Shown: in pieces, positions 1-10,324 of the stretch | Layout of the letters: each line of letters begins with the position of its first letter | How positions within the stretch are numbered: the first letter of the stretch is position 1 | Assembly (NCBI GenBank): GCA_947474715.1 | Contig: CANJJT010000002.1 | Location: 47,500 to 111,499, forward strand | Source: Betaproteobacteria bacterium | Lineage (GTDB): Bacteria; Pseudomonadota; Gammaproteobacteria; Burkholderiales; SG8-39 | Direction: 5' to 3' | Length of the DNA: 64,000 nt | Translations under genes and position numbers: made by a program | The notes under the pieces: model-generated | What the model saw: only the letters and a program-made list of their open reading frames with translations | The model's database searches: none | Told to the model about the DNA's origin: nothing

Positions 1-20
1 CTCTATTGCATTTTTCGCCC

Positions 21-2327
21 TCAGGCCGGGCGCGAAAACATCCCCATCTGTATCGGCTCCCTCACGGCATTGGCATCAGCCACCAGCAGCGCCGACATGT
101 TCACCAGGCGCCGCACCGTGGCTGACGGACTGACGATGCAGGCAGGCTTGGCCGCGCCGAGCAGGATCGGCCCGATGGTGATGTTGTTGCCCGCGGTGGT
201 CATCAGCAGGTTGAAGGATATGTTGGCTGCATCGACCGAGGGCATGATGAGCAGGTTCGCATCTTCCTTCAGGCGTGAATTGGGAAAGACATTGCGGCGA
301 GTGCTTTCGTGCAATGCCGCATCGCCCTGCATCTCCCCTTCTATCTCGAGGTCGGGGGCCATCCGGTTGATGATGCCCAGGGCGGTGCGCATCTTCTGCG
401 CCGACCCGGCATTGCTGCTGCCGAAGGAGGAATGCGACAGCAGCGCCGCCTTGGGCTCGATGCCGAAACGGCGTATTTCCTCGGCCGCCAGCAGCGTCAT
501 CTCGGCGATCTGCTCAGCGCTGGGGTCGGGGTTCACGTAGGTGTCGCAGATGAACAGGGTGCGGCCCTGCAGCAAGAGCAGATTCATGGCGTAGTAGTTG
601 TGCGCGCCCTCCCGCCGGCCTATCACCTGGTCGATATAGTGCAGGTGCAGGTCATAGCTGCCGAAGGTGCCGCAGATGAGCCCATCGGCCTCGCCCATGT
701 GCATCAGCATGGCCCCCACCAGGGTTAGGCGCCGGCGCATTTCGATCTGCGCATACTGCACCGACACGCCACGCCGCTCGGTGAGGCGATGGTATTCGGT
801 CCAGAACTCGCGGTAGCGCGGGTCCCAGTCGATGTTGACCACCTCGAAATCGACGTCCGGGCGGATGCGCAAACCATAGCGCTCGATGCGGCGCCTGAGC
901 ACTTCCGGCCGGCCGATGAGAATGGGTCGAGCCAGCTTTTCGTCGACAACCACCTGCACTGCACGCAGCACCCGCTCGTCCTCCCCCTCGGCGTAGACGA
1001 TGCGGCGCTTGGGACCGCTCTTGGCCGCGGTGAACAGCGGCTTCATGATGAGCCCGGAATGATAGACGAACTGCTGCAGCGAGGTACGGTAGGCGTCCAT
1101 GTCCTCGATGGGACGCTCGGCCACGCCCGACTCCATGGCCGCCTTGGCCACCGCCGGCGCGATCACGGTGATCAGCCGGGGATCGAAGGGGCTGGGAATG
1201 AGATACTCGGGGCCGAACTTGGGGTTCTGGTCACTGTAGCTGACCATGTCGGATTTCTCCGCTTTGGCCAGCTCGGCAATGGCGTACACGGCGGCGAGCT
1301 TCATGGGCTCGTTGATCTGCGTCGCTCCGACATCCAGCGCGCCGCGGAAGATGAAGGGAAAGCACAGCGCGTTGTTCACCTGATTGGGATAGTCGGACCG
1401 GCCTGTCGCGATGATGGCGTCGGACCTCACGGCCTTCACCAGCTCAGGGAGTATTTCCGGCTCGGGATTGGCCAGTGCGAAGATCAGGGGATTGATCCCC
1501 ATGCGCTTGACCATGTCCTGCTTGAGCACGCGACCGGCGGACAGACCGAGAAATATATCCGCCCCGCTGATGATGTCGTCCAGGGTGCGCGCGTCGGTTT
1601 CGCGTGCATAGCGTGCCTTGTTGTCGTCCATTTCCTGCTGGCGGCCCTTGTAGACCACCCCGGCAATGTCCGATACCAGGATGTTTTCCATCTGCAGCCC
1701 CATGGAGACGAGCAGGTCCAGGCAGGCCAGCGCAGCCGCGCCAGCACCGGAGCAGACCAGCTTTACCTTGCCGATTTCCTTCCCGACCACGCGCAGGCCG
1801 TTGTACACGGCGGCACCGACAATGATCGAAGTGCCGTGCTGGTCATCATGGAAAACCGGGATCTTCAGCCGCTCGCGCAGCTTGCGTTCGACGTAGAAGC
1901 ATTCCGGGGCCTTGATATCCTCCAGATTGATGCCGCCGAAGGTGGGCTCGAGGGCGGCGATGATCTCCACCAGTTTGTCGGGATCGAGTTCGTTGACTTC
2001 AATGTCGAAACAGTCGATGCCGGCAAACTTCTTGAACAGAACCGACTTGCCTTCCATGACGGGCTTGGCCGCCAGCGGACCTATCGCCCCCAGGCCCAGC
2101 ACCGCCGTGCCGTTGGTGATGACACCGATGAGGTTACCGCGCGCGGTGAGGTTGCGGACTTCGGAAGGATCCTTGAAGATTGCTTCACTGGCCGCGGCAA
2201 CCCCGGGTGAGTAAGCCAGCGCAAGGTCGCGCTGGTTGGTCAGGCCCTTGGTGGGCGTGACGGAGATCTTCCCCGGCCTGGGCAGGCGGTGATAGTCGAG
2301 TGCACTTCGCTTTTGCGCCTCGTCCAT
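21..2327 (-). CDS. maeB: NADP-dependent malic enzyme, two-domain type (malic enzyme + phosphate-acetyltransferase-like C-terminus)
   Basis: 768-aa [48 protein letters not shown] and the dinucleotide-binding [10 protein letters not shown] motif are malic-enzyme signatures. The ~330-aa PTA-like tail is as in MaeB. Confidence 0.93.
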   Translation of the reverse strand: MDEAQKRSALDYHRLPRPGKISVTPTKGLTNQRDLALAYSPGVAAASEAIFKDPSEVRNLTARGNLIGVITNGTAVLGLGAIGPLAAKPVMEGKSVLFKKFAGIDCFDIEVNELDPDKLVEIIAALEPTFGGINLEDIKAPECFYVERKLRERLKIPVFHDDQHGTSIIVGAAVYNGLRVVGKEIGKVKLVCSGAGAAALACLDLLVSMGLQMENILVSDIAGVVYKGRQQEMDDNKARYARETDARTLDDIISGADIFLGLSAGRVLKQDMVKRMGINPLIFALANPEPEILPELVKAVRSDAIIATGRSDYPNQVNNALCFPFIFRGALDVGATQINEPMKLAAVYAIAELAKAEKSDMVSYSDQNPKFGPEYLIPSPFDPRLITVIAPAVAKAAMESGVAERPIEDMDAYRTSLQQFVYHSGLIMKPLFTAAKSGPKRRIVYAEGEDERVLRAVQVVVDEKLARPILIGRPEVLRRRIERYGLRIRPDVDFEVVNIDWDPRYREFWTEYHRLTERRGVSVQYAQIEMRRRLTLVGAMLMHMGEADGLICGTFGSYDLHLHYIDQVIGRREGAHNYYAMNLLLLQGRTLFICDTYVNPDPSAEQIAEMTLLAAEEIRRFGIEPKAALLSHSSFGSSNAGSAQKMRTALGIINRMAPDLEIEGEMQGDAALHESTRRNVFPNSRLKEDANLLIMPSVDAANISFNLLMTTAGNNITIGPILLGAAKPACIVSPSATVRRLVNMSALLVADANAVREPIQMGMFSRPA

Positions 2328-2447
2328 AATGGCTTCCGAAAAATGATTGCGTTATTGTCTACGCGGGATGCTCATGCATTATAGCCACCACTGCCTTCAA
2401 TTTAGACCATTGCACGAGCCCCTGTTGACAGCGAGGGTTTTGTTGCA

Positions 2448-3635
2448 ATGAAGCCAGATCCACGACTGAGATCCCACGCCGGCGTAGCGGCGAGGATGGC
2501 GGAGATCCAGCCCTTTCACGTGATGGAAATGATGGAGCGCGCCCGGCAACTGGAATCTGCAGGGCGCAGCATCATCCACATGGAAATCGGGCAGCCCAAT
2601 TTCGGTGCACCACCGCAGGTCATTGCGCAGGCGGTGCGCGCCATGCAATCCGATACCCTGGGTTACACGACCACCCTGGGGATCCCGGCATTGCGCGAGG
2701 CCATCGCCGGACACTATGCCAAACAGTATGGCGTGACAATTGCGCCGAAACGGGTGGCGATCACCGCCGGTGCTTCCGGCGCTTTCGTCATTGCCATGGG
2801 TGTGCTGGTCAATCCGGGCGACGAAGTGCTGATGCCTGATCCCTGCTATTCTTGCAATCCCAATTTCGTGCGAATGTTCGACGGCATCCCCGTGTTCATG
2901 CCGGTCGATGAAACCCAAAACTACCAACCGGTGCTGGCCGATGTGCAGCGCAGGTGGACAGCACGCACCCGAGGCGTGTTGCTGGCCTCACCGTCGAACC
3001 CCACGGGCACAGTGATGTCCCGGCAGGACATTCGCGCCATTGCCGACTGGGTGCATGCCCAAGGCGGTTTTGTAATCATGGACGAGATTTACCAGGGGCT
3101 GGTCTACGACGAGCCATGGGCCACCGCCGCATCGCAATCATCCGACATCTGGGTCATCAACAGTTTCTCAAAGTACTTTGGGATGACCGGCTGGCGCCTG
3201 GGCTGGATGCTGGTCCCGGAATACCGCATGCCAGAGGTGGAAAAACTGGCCCAGAATGCCTTCATCTGCCCCCCGGCACCAGCCCAGCAGGCAGCCTTGG
3301 CTGCGTTCCAGCAGGACACGCTGGAAGTGCTCGAGCGGAGGCGAGTGGAACTGCAGTGCCGGCGTGATTTCCTGCTGCCCGCACTGGCTGACCTGGGCTT
3401 CAGGATTACCTCAAAGCCTGCCGGCGCGTTCTATGTCTATGCCGACTGCGCGGCATTCAGCGATGACAGCAGCGCGATGGCGATGGACATTCTCGAGAAT
3501 GTGGGAGTTGCCATCACCCCAGGAATGGATTTCGGCAATCATCGGGCCGCCCGGCATGTGCGATTCGCCTATACACGCTCGATGGAAGAACTCGAGGAGG
3601 GCATAACTCGTCTGTCGCGCCTGCCGATCAGATAG
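2448..3635 (+). CDS. Class I/II PLP-dependent aminotransferase (aspartate/alanine aminotransferase-like)
   Basis: 395-aa ORF with PLP-lysine motif INSFSKYFGMTGWRLGW. The family-typical N-terminus MAEIQPFHVMEMMERA suggests the true start is the ATG at 2496. Confidence 0.85.
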   Translation: MKPDPRLRSHAGVAARMAEIQPFHVMEMMERARQLESAGRSIIHMEIGQPNFGAPPQVIAQAVRAMQSDTLGYTTTLGIPALREAIAGHYAKQYGVTIAPKRVAITAGASGAFVIAMGVLVNPGDEVLMPDPCYSCNPNFVRMFDGIPVFMPVDETQNYQPVLADVQRRWTARTRGVLLASPSNPTGTVMSRQDIRAIADWVHAQGGFVIMDEIYQGLVYDEPWATAASQSSDIWVINSFSKYFGMTGWRLGWMLVPEYRMPEVEKLAQNAFICPPAPAQQAALAAFQQDTLEVLERRRVELQCRRDFLLPALADLGFRITSKPAGAFYVYADCAAFSDDSSAMAMDILENVGVAITPGMDFGNHRAARHVRFAYTRSMEELEEGITRLSRLPIR

Positions 3636-4407
3636 GCCGCTTGGCCACCACTTCGGCAATTGCCGCAGAACGCGAGGACTGGGTTTCAGAGCGGCGCAGC
3701 ACTTGTTCCATGCGATTGCGTTCCGCCATCACCTTCTGGGCATAGGCATTTTCTGGATCACCGAATGCGCCGGCATACAACTGCAGGCCGGCCTGCAGCC
3801 CACCGCCTCGGCGTATGCAATCCTTGAGGATCTGGGCACCGACGAAAATGTTGGTGGATGGTTCGAGCACTGCATCGATTCCACCGAAGGCTGCCAACCT
3901 CGCCTTGTGATGCTGGGGCATCACCTGCATCAGGCCCTTTGCCCCCATTTCGCTTTCGGCAATGGGGTTGAAGCGTGACTCGACTGCAATCACGGACAGG
4001 ATGAGCACCGGGTCCAGGCCCAGTTTGAGCCCCGTGTCGTTTGCCACCCCCACAAGGTCCTCCAGCGCATCGCGGGCAATCCGGTAACGCTGCGACAAGT
4101 GCGCGATGAGTGCGTAGTGACGGGCGTCCGGCTTTCCCGCAGACTCAACTGGATCAACCGGATCCGCAGCAACTGCAACAACTGCAGCAACCAGATTGCT
4201 AGCAGACAAAGCCGGGAAGTATGCTGATATCAGAAAGAGTGGGAGCAAGGCTAGTCCAACCAAAGCCATCCCGTTACGAAGAACCAGGAGCGGCCTTCTA
4301 CATCGCTCCAGCCATTGGGTGAAATGCTGCTCTGCGTTCATGCTTAACCTCCGTATCCACCAAGCGGCCACGGCAATTGCCGGCACATGAATGCCAGACT
4401 TACCCAA
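3628..4407 (-). CDS. Lytic transglycosylase (SLT domain) with N-terminal membrane anchor
   Basis: 259-aa ORF with SLT catalytic motif VIAVESRFNPIAESEMGAKGLMQVMP. Alternative start ATG at 4341. Confidence 0.8.
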   Translation of the reverse strand: MGKSGIHVPAIAVAAWWIRRLSMNAEQHFTQWLERCRRPLLVLRNGMALVGLALLPLFLISAYFPALSASNLVAAVVAVAADPVDPVESAGKPDARHYALIAHLSQRYRIARDALEDLVGVANDTGLKLGLDPVLILSVIAVESRFNPIAESEMGAKGLMQVMPQHHKARLAAFGGIDAVLEPSTNIFVGAQILKDCIRRGGGLQAGLQLYAGAFGDPENAYAQKVMAERNRMEQVLRRSETQSSRSAAIAEVVAKRPI

Positions 4408-4745
4408 AGCACAACTTACTGAATTATTTCGCTTTTCTCCGAAGCACTATGGAACAAGGCTCCGGACCGGTGACCAGAGAAGGTCACAACTGATAGCCCT
4501 GAATGGCTATCTTTGCCAAGCACTCCTGTACCCGTTTGAGTATCAGGCGCTTCTATGGATAAAACGCTATTCTAATGAAATAGATAAGCGATTTCAAGCC
4601 CTACGATGGCCATCACGAAAGCATTCTATTGTGCACGTGAGAGTCCAAGCCAACGAAAAGAGCCCGGTTGGACTGCCTAATGACCTAATAGTCTAATCAA
4701 GTCACTCGGCTATCCAACCGGGGGATATCCCTTGAAGCTGAATGT

Positions 4746-4776
4746 CTGCGGATCAGCCCTTGCAGGCTGTCCGCAG
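4746..4776 (-). terminator. Hairpin 14 nt downstream of the H1-like gene (possible terminator, no U-tract)
   Basis: Imperfect 12-bp inverted repeat CTGCGGATCAGCC..GGCTGTCCGCAG. No T-run follows on the minus strand. Confidence 0.3.
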
Positions 4777-4789
4777 TCCATTCAAAACC

Positions 4790-5137
4790 CTAAGGCCTTG
4801 AGCCGGTCGGGAAAGGCCACGCCGCAGCAGGGTTCAGGGCGGTACGCGCCCCGGGGGCAGCTGCTGTGGACGGAGTTAAAGACTCCGATACCACCGCTTT
4901 TGCCGCCGCTACTGCGGGCTTTCTAGCCTTCTTTGCCGGCTTCTTGGTCGCTTTCTTTTTTGCGGGCTTCTTCTTAGCCGGCTTTTTGCCGGCTTTTTTT
5001 GAGGCCGCTTTCTTTTTCGCGGGTTTTTTAGCCGCTTTCTTCTTTTTCGCAGCCTTCTTCTTCGCAGCCTTCTTTTTCGCAGCCTTCTTCTTGGCTGGTT
5101 TCTTAGCGGCCTTCTTTGCTTTCTTCTTCGTTGCCAT
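4790..5137 (-). CDS. Histone H1-like / AlgP-like lysine-alanine-rich nucleoid-associated protein
   Basis: MATKKKAKKAAKKPAKKKAAKKKAAKKK..., about 90 aa of AKKx repeats. GGAGG lies 8 nt upstream of ATG 5137, so the ORF-track start at 5155 is less likely. Confidence 0.75.
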   Translation of the reverse strand: MATKKKAKKAAKKPAKKKAAKKKAAKKKAAKKKKAAKKPAKKKAASKKAGKKPAKKKPAKKKATKKPAKKARKPAVAAAKAVVSESLTPSTAAAPGARTALNPAAAWPFPTGSRP

Positions 5138-5199
5138 GGTTACTACCTCCATCAAGAGTTAAAGGACAACATTAGGAAACCCACCCGTGCGGGCATGGG

Positions 5200-5985
5200 C
5201 TATCCGGCCGACAGGGAAAAATCCCTTCCAGCCGAATTTCTCGCCTGCTCCAGCATGGAGCAGGCATGGAAAGGCCGCGGCCTTTCCCAATTCGGATCGA
5301 CAGCAAGTCTTTTCAAGCATCGTATGTATCGGGTAGGAACCAGTGATGGCTCTGGAGTGCCTGCGTTGAACAGCGTGGGACTGCTACTCATGAAGTCACA
5401 GCTGGACAGGACTTTGTAAAACTCGATCGCCCGCGCTTCGCGGTCGATCTCGAGGAGGGACTGTCCCATTGGCTTACGCACGCCTTCGTCAAGGACCGAG
5501 ATGGTGAATTCCTTTACTCCAACCCCGGAGGATGCCTTGCGGGTGACAGCCTGCGATGCGCGCGCTTCTGCTCGCTTCTGGCGGTACAGGACATAGGAAC
5601 GAGCAACTTCGTGCTCTCCGGAACGCATCAAGGCCAGTTCAACCTGATCCTGAATATCCTCGATATGGAACGTACCGCCGCCTGCCTGGCGACGGACCAG
5701 AGCGCTCACCACCAAGCCTGTGAGACTAGCGACCAGTTCCCTGATGCGGGCCGAGGCGGCACCCTGCCCGCCCTCTACAGCGAGGAAAGCCCTGGTCATC
5801 GCCACTGATATTTTTGATGGCTCGAATACGACCACGGCGCCATTGCGCCGAATCACCTTGCCATGGAAACTGGAAGCAGCAACCGGGGCTGTACTACCCT
5901 GCGATTCCGCATGTGCGCCCATGATGGCGGAGGCGGTTGCTACTTCTGCAGAAACTTGCATCGGCGGTCTCCTCAATTCTGGCAT
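5200..5985 (-). pseudogene. 5' remnant of a ribonucleotide reductase large subunit (ATP-cone plus the first part of the catalytic domain)
   Basis: ATP-cone (VIRRNGAVVVFEPSKISVAMTRAF..HIEDIQDQVELALMR..EVARSYVLYRQKR) followed by FYKVLSSCDFMSSSPTLFNAGT. Past about nt 5340 the similarity is lost and a stop follows. RNR alpha chains are >700 aa. Confidence 0.7.
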
Positions 5986-6099
5986 CAGCTGATTTCCGGT
6001 CCACTTTTACGCATTACCTGCGGAAGACTGGTTGCCGATCCAGCGCCTGCGCATGTCCACTGTTTGATGCAACGGTGCTGGAGTACCACTCACTCCAAA

Positions 6100-6115
6100 C
6101 CACAATATATAGTAG
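6100..6115 (-). promoter_or_regulatory. NrdR-box-like operator upstream of the RNR remnant
   Basis: The minus strand reads CTACTATATATTGTGG, matching 13/16 positions of the NrdR consensus acaCwAtATaTwgtgt as I recall it. It lies ~115-140 nt upstream of the RNR start. Confidence 0.45.
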
Positions 6116-6251
6116 CTCACACAGGGACTGCAACTAATTCTAGTTGCGAGGTTTTGAAGTTGCAAGCAATTTCCCGTCACAGAATGCATTGCAAGGGCAG
6201 CCAAGCAGGTTGGACTGGCGTGAAGGCGCCACTGCGCCAGCCTAGGCACGC

Positions 6252-6788
6252 TCAGCGAAGGAAGGAACGAAACAGCAACCAGTCGAAGCAGGGACCGGGA
6301 TCGGTCTTTCGTCCGGGTGCTATGTCCGAATGACCTACCACGTCACTGATGGGATAAGCAGACTGCAATAGTGTCACCAACTGGGCAAGGCAACGGTACT
6401 GGACTCGTTCGTAGGGCAAATCCTCGCTGCCCTCAAGTTCGATGCCAATGGAGAAATCGTTGCACCTTGGCCGGCCTGCCCACTGCGATGCACCAGCATG
6501 CCATGCACGCTGACAGCAAGGGACGAACTGAATCAGCGCACCGTCTCGACGTACGTAGAAGTGAGACGAGACCCGCAACCCAACCAGACCAGCATAGTAA
6601 GGGTGTGCACCAGTGTCCAAAGTGTTCGTGAAAAGCTCCGCCACCTGATTGCCGCCGAATTCACCCGGCGGCAGGCTGATGCAATGTATGACGAGCAGCG
6701 ATATGACAGTGCCTGAAGGCCTGGCATCACAATTGGGCGAATCCACCCTGCGGGCCTCGTCAACGCGTCCTTTGGCGTCCAGATTCAT
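6252..6788 (-). CDS. ampD: 1,6-anhydro-N-acetylmuramyl-L-alanine amidase AmpD
   Basis: Start at internal MNLDAKGRVDEARR. Amidase_2 motifs LLVIHCISLPPGEFGG, AWHAGASQWAGRPRCNDFSIGIELEG and GHSDIAPGRKTDPGPCFDW. The 317-aa ORF-track call overlaps pilR and is over-extended. Confidence 0.88.
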   Translation of the reverse strand: MNLDAKGRVDEARRVDSPNCDARPSGTVISLLVIHCISLPPGEFGGNQVAELFTNTLDTGAHPYYAGLVGLRVSSHFYVRRDGALIQFVPCCQRAWHAGASQWAGRPRCNDFSIGIELEGSEDLPYERVQYRCLAQLVTLLQSAYPISDVVGHSDIAPGRKTDPGPCFDWLLFRSFLR

Positions 6789-6804
6789 GCCTGGCGATCC
6801 GGAA

Positions 6805-8208
6805 CTACTGGATCCCCAACCGGGCCATTCGGTAGCGCAGCGCCCGGAAGGTGATTCCGAGTAATTTGGCCGCGGCCGTGCGATTGAACCGCGTCTGGGA
6901 AAGCGCCTCAAGTATGGCCTCGCGCTCAACCCGGTCAAGGTAGGCCTGGAGCGGCCATTTGCCATTCCCCCCTGCGTCGGCCGGACCTCCGCCTCCTGCG
7001 TCCAGCCTCGGGGGCTGCAATTGAAGGTCGTCAGGCACGATTTCATCGGCATTGGCAAGCGCAACGGCCCGCTCGAGGACGTTCTCGAGCTCACGCACAT
7101 TCCCCGGAAAATCGTAATCCGCGAGAGCCTCCTGAGCAGCGACGGACAATGTCGGAACCGAACTTCGGGACGTATCTGCAAATCGCGCAAGAATGGCGGC
7201 CGCAAGTACGGGAATGTCTTCCTTGTACTCCCTCAAGGAAGGCATGCGCAACTCGATCACGGCCAGCCTGTAGTAAAGATCCTGCCGGAAACGACCATCC
7301 TCCACTCGTTTGACAAGGTCCTCATGAGTGGCACAGATGACGCGCACGTCCACACCATCTTCTGCTGTTGCCCCGATCTTCCGAATGCGCTTCTCCTGGA
7401 TTGCGCGCAGCAGTTTCACCTGCATGGAAAGAGGCAACTCTGCGATCTCGTCCAGAAACAGGGTGCCCCCGCTGGCCGCCTGGAAAAAACCGTCACGATC
7501 GGACTCGGCGCCTGTAAACGCACCCTTCCTGTATCCAAAAAACTCACTCTCCATGAGGTTCTCTGGAATTGCCCCGCAATTGACAGGCACGAAGGGCTGT
7601 CCACGACGGCCACCCTGCTCATGGATGAGGCGGGCCGCGAGCTCCTTGCCGCTTCCGGACTCCCCCGTGATGTATACCGGCGCCTGGCTTCTGGCAACCC
7701 GCTGGATCATTCGCCTTGCCTGCTCTACAGGCAGGCTATCGCCAAGCAGGTCGCTGGCGCCACCATCGCTGGACGTGCGTGCCGCGGGCAGTGAAAGCGC
7801 CGACTTTACGAGCGTGCGCAACTGCCCCAGGGACAGCGGCTTGGTCAGGTAATCAAATGCCCCTGCCTTGAGTGCAGCCACGGCATTCTCGGCAGTGCCA
7901 TGCGCAGTAATCACTGCAACAGGTACGTCGGCACAATCACTGCCGATGTACCTTACAAGTTCGAGCCCATCGCCATCAGGCAAGCGCATGTCCGTGAGGC
8001 AAAGATCGAAATGCCTGCTTTGCAGGATCGCCTTCGCATCCCCTACAGACTGCGCGGATTCGACGGTAAGCCCCATGCGTAGCAGGGAAAGTTCGAGGAG
8101 CTCCCGGATGTCGGCCTCATCATCAACTACGAGGACGGCAGGAACTGCTCCGGCCACAGGCCGCCGGTCGGTCTTTTCACTGCGCTTCACTTCCGATTGA
8201 GTCGCCAT
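6805..8208 (-). CDS. pilR: Sigma-54-dependent response regulator, PilR type (REC + AAA+ + Fis-type HTH)
   Basis: VLVVDDE..TDMRLPDGDG receiver, GESGSGKELAARLIH Walker A, ESEFFGYRKGAFTGA (GAFTGA sigma-54 contact), C-terminal NRTAAAKLLGITFRALRYRM. Immediately downstream of a PilS-like kinase. Confidence 0.8.
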   Translation of the reverse strand: MATQSEVKRSEKTDRRPVAGAVPAVLVVDDEADIRELLELSLLRMGLTVESAQSVGDAKAILQSRHFDLCLTDMRLPDGDGLELVRYIGSDCADVPVAVITAHGTAENAVAALKAGAFDYLTKPLSLGQLRTLVKSALSLPAARTSSDGGASDLLGDSLPVEQARRMIQRVARSQAPVYITGESGSGKELAARLIHEQGGRRGQPFVPVNCGAIPENLMESEFFGYRKGAFTGAESDRDGFFQAASGGTLFLDEIAELPLSMQVKLLRAIQEKRIRKIGATAEDGVDVRVICATHEDLVKRVEDGRFRQDLYYRLAVIELRMPSLREYKEDIPVLAAAILARFADTSRSSVPTLSVAAQEALADYDFPGNVRELENVLERAVALANADEIVPDDLQLQPPRLDAGGGGPADAGGNGKWPLQAYLDRVEREAILEALSQTRFNRTAAAKLLGITFRALRYRMARLGIQ

Positions 8209-9776
8209 AAGATTCTGAAAATCGCCCCACCAGGTCGGTCGATATACTCAAGTCTGGCCCCGTTGGCAGCGCACAGTTCGCGCGCTATGTAGAGCCCCAA
8301 ACCCGTGCCACCACTGTAAGTCGTGAAGAAAGGCTCAAAAAGCTGGGTTTGCAGACTCTTCTGCACGCCTTCCCCATCATCAACAACGTCCAATTCTAGC
8401 CGCCCCCCTTGGATGAACGCGGAAATCTTCACGCTCGAAGGCAGCTTGCGGCTATGCCGCCACGCGTTCCTGACAAGATTCCATACAACGCGGTTGAAGT
8501 GCACGGGATCGAAATCGACGCGCAGGCCAGCATCGATTTTGATTTGCAGCGCCTCCGCTCCAATCTTCTCCGTCTGTACAAACTCATCAACGAACTGATG
8601 CATGAATTCCTGCAGGGCGATACTCTCCTGCTGCACCCGGTCACGCTTGGAAAGCTCGAGCACGTCCCTGACCATGCGATCCAGGCGAAGGGCGTTTTCT
8701 CGGATGATTCGGATCAGCCGCGCACTTGCCGCGCTGGCCGCATCCTCCTGAAGCAAATCACCTGCATGCGTAATAGCCGACAAGGGATTGCGAATCTCGT
8801 GGGCAATGTTGGCGGTGAGCCTGCCAAGTGCAGCTAGCTTCAGCTGCTGCGCATGCTCCTGTATGCGAGACTGGTCCTCAAGGAAAACGAGGGCAAAGCT
8901 GCCCCCGTCCACGCCGGCGGCGACGAATCTTGCCCGGACATGCTTACCGCTCTCCGGAAATCCGAGGGTGACGACGGAAGGCCCCCCACCATCGCGCCAC
9001 TGCAGCAGGCATTCAGCAAGGTCCTGTGAATAATTCTCGATTTGGTCCAGCTCCGGGGCAGGCCGGCCCATCAGGCCGCTGACAGCAGGATTCTGTTGAC
9101 GCACCAGCCCGTTTGAATCGACCACGAGAATGGCATCCTGCACATCCTGAATGACCAACTGGTTGATTTTCAGCTGATTGGCTAAATCTGTGCCACGCTG
9201 GCGTGCGACCCTCTCATTCATGATGACGCGTTGCGCCAGCTGATTCGTAATCAGCGCCGTAACAAAACAGCCAATGGCCAACAGCCCTGGCTGAAAGTAG
9301 TTGGCAGAGCTGACGTCATGAATAAGTATCCAGTAGGACTGCTCCAGGAGCAGGGCAATCGATGCAACCGCCGCATAAAAAAGCATCAGGGCGCCGCCGC
9401 TGACCAAGGCGGCAGCGGCCAGGGAGATCAAAAGCATGACCCCTATCCCGCTCCGAATGCCACCGGATGCATACATCATCACCGTGAGTGACGCGATGTC
9501 GGTCAGCACATGAACGGAAAGCTGCAGGTCAAAGTAGACAGGCCATTTTCGGAGTGCCGCCTGAAAGGCAATCGTTGCCCCCAGGTAGAGACCCGCAGTA
9601 AGCAGAAACAAGGGGCGCTCGTGACTCCCCAGGTTGAGCAGGTCGCCATAGATCAGCGCCGCTAGCAGGAACACCACAGCCAGGGAGAGGCGATAGAAAT
9701 TGAAATACCGCAGAGAAACCCAGAATGACTCGATGGCATTCATGGAGCCGTAAGAAGCTCCCAGTAGGGAATACAT
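8187..9776 (-). CDS. pilS: Sensor histidine kinase, PilS type (multi-TM N-terminus, PAS, HisKA, HATPase)
   Basis: LRYFNFYRLSLAVVFLL polytopic N-terminus. FLEDQSRIQEHAQQLKLAALGRLTANIAHEIRNPLSAITHAGDLL H-box region and LFEPFFTTYSGGTGLGLYIARELC closely resemble PilS. Start set at MYSLLG (9776) because the region upstream is occupied by the 75-aa gene. Confidence 0.8.
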   Translation of the reverse strand: MYSLLGASYGSMNAIESFWVSLRYFNFYRLSLAVVFLLAALIYGDLLNLGSHERPLFLLTAGLYLGATIAFQAALRKWPVYFDLQLSVHVLTDIASLTVMMYASGGIRSGIGVMLLISLAAAALVSGGALMLFYAAVASIALLLEQSYWILIHDVSSANYFQPGLLAIGCFVTALITNQLAQRVIMNERVARQRGTDLANQLKINQLVIQDVQDAILVVDSNGLVRQQNPAVSGLMGRPAPELDQIENYSQDLAECLLQWRDGGGPSVVTLGFPESGKHVRARFVAAGVDGGSFALVFLEDQSRIQEHAQQLKLAALGRLTANIAHEIRNPLSAITHAGDLLQEDAASAASARLIRIIRENALRLDRMVRDVLELSKRDRVQQESIALQEFMHQFVDEFVQTEKIGAEALQIKIDAGLRVDFDPVHFNRVVWNLVRNAWRHSRKLPSSVKISAFIQGGRLELDVVDDGEGVQKSLQTQLFEPFFTTYSGGTGLGLYIARELCAANGARLEYIDRPGGAIFRILWRLNRK

Positions 9777-9789
9777 CGAATGCGGCACG

Positions 9790-10017
9790 TCAGGAATCCG
9801 GTCGGCGAAGGTGCTCTTCGCTACAACAGTATCCATCTCCGTTGGGCTTGGCCTCGCTGAGGGGCAGGTGAACACCGCACCAGCAACTTACCATCGATTC
9901 TGGAGGGGCCGATCTGATGGAGGACGCCGACGAATCCCGCCTGCGAGTGCGCTTCAGAGATGCGAGCAGTACCAGAACCGCCACTAAGGCACATGCAAGC
10001 ATTAGCACTTTGGCCAA
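9790..10017 (-). CDS. Small membrane-anchored Cys-rich protein (resembles the 'PP0621 family' found upstream of PilS/PilR-like pairs)
   Basis: 75 aa. N-terminal TM helix VLMLACALVAVLVLLASL, then basic linker KRTRRR, then C-terminal CWCGVHLPLSEA..GDGYCCSEEHLRR zinc-finger-like motif. Ends 13 nt before the proposed pilS start. Confidence 0.55.
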   Translation of the reverse strand: MAKVLMLACALVAVLVLLASLKRTRRRDSSASSIRSAPPESMVSCWCGVHLPLSEAKPNGDGYCCSEEHLRRPDS

Positions 10018-10084
10018 TCACGCCCCCATTCCTGCGCAAACACAAGCGACTATATGTGTCGCTGGAAATGTCGGGAGAAGTGAA

Positions 10085-10162
<78 letters not shown>

Positions 10163-10324
10163 AATTGTTGCTATCCGGGAGGGCTGGGCTGACATCAACG
10201 CATCACAAGCCGTTCATGTATTCGCAAAGTCATCGGACGGAAGCAGCCCCATATACTATCAGTACGGCACATCCCCCACAACCGTGAGAAAAGACCCCGA
10301 CCTGGCGGGAATGACAACACCCCT

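Noticed and set aside
789-2210. 473-aa plus-strand ORF antisense to maeB
   Set aside because: Mirror-frame ORF typical of GC-rich DNA. It is Gly/His/Asp/Arg-rich, has no recognisable motif, and is fully covered by a high-confidence gene.
4391-4696. 101-aa plus-strand ORF in the AT-rich spacer between the transglycosylase and the H1-like gene, plus a 10-bp inverted repeat CCCGGTTGGA..TCCAACCGGG at 4663-4722
   Set aside because: No SD and no recognisable motifs. It lies in what should be the promoter region of the minus-strand transglycosylase gene. The 40-nt loop makes the inverted repeat a weak structure.
6130-6147. Perfect 7-bp palindrome GCAACTA-ATTC-TAGTTGC as a second NrdR box
   Set aside because: Only about 9/16 match to the NrdR consensus, and the spacing to the first box (~34 bp) is off the usual ~31-32 bp. 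It may bind something else, but that is unsupported.
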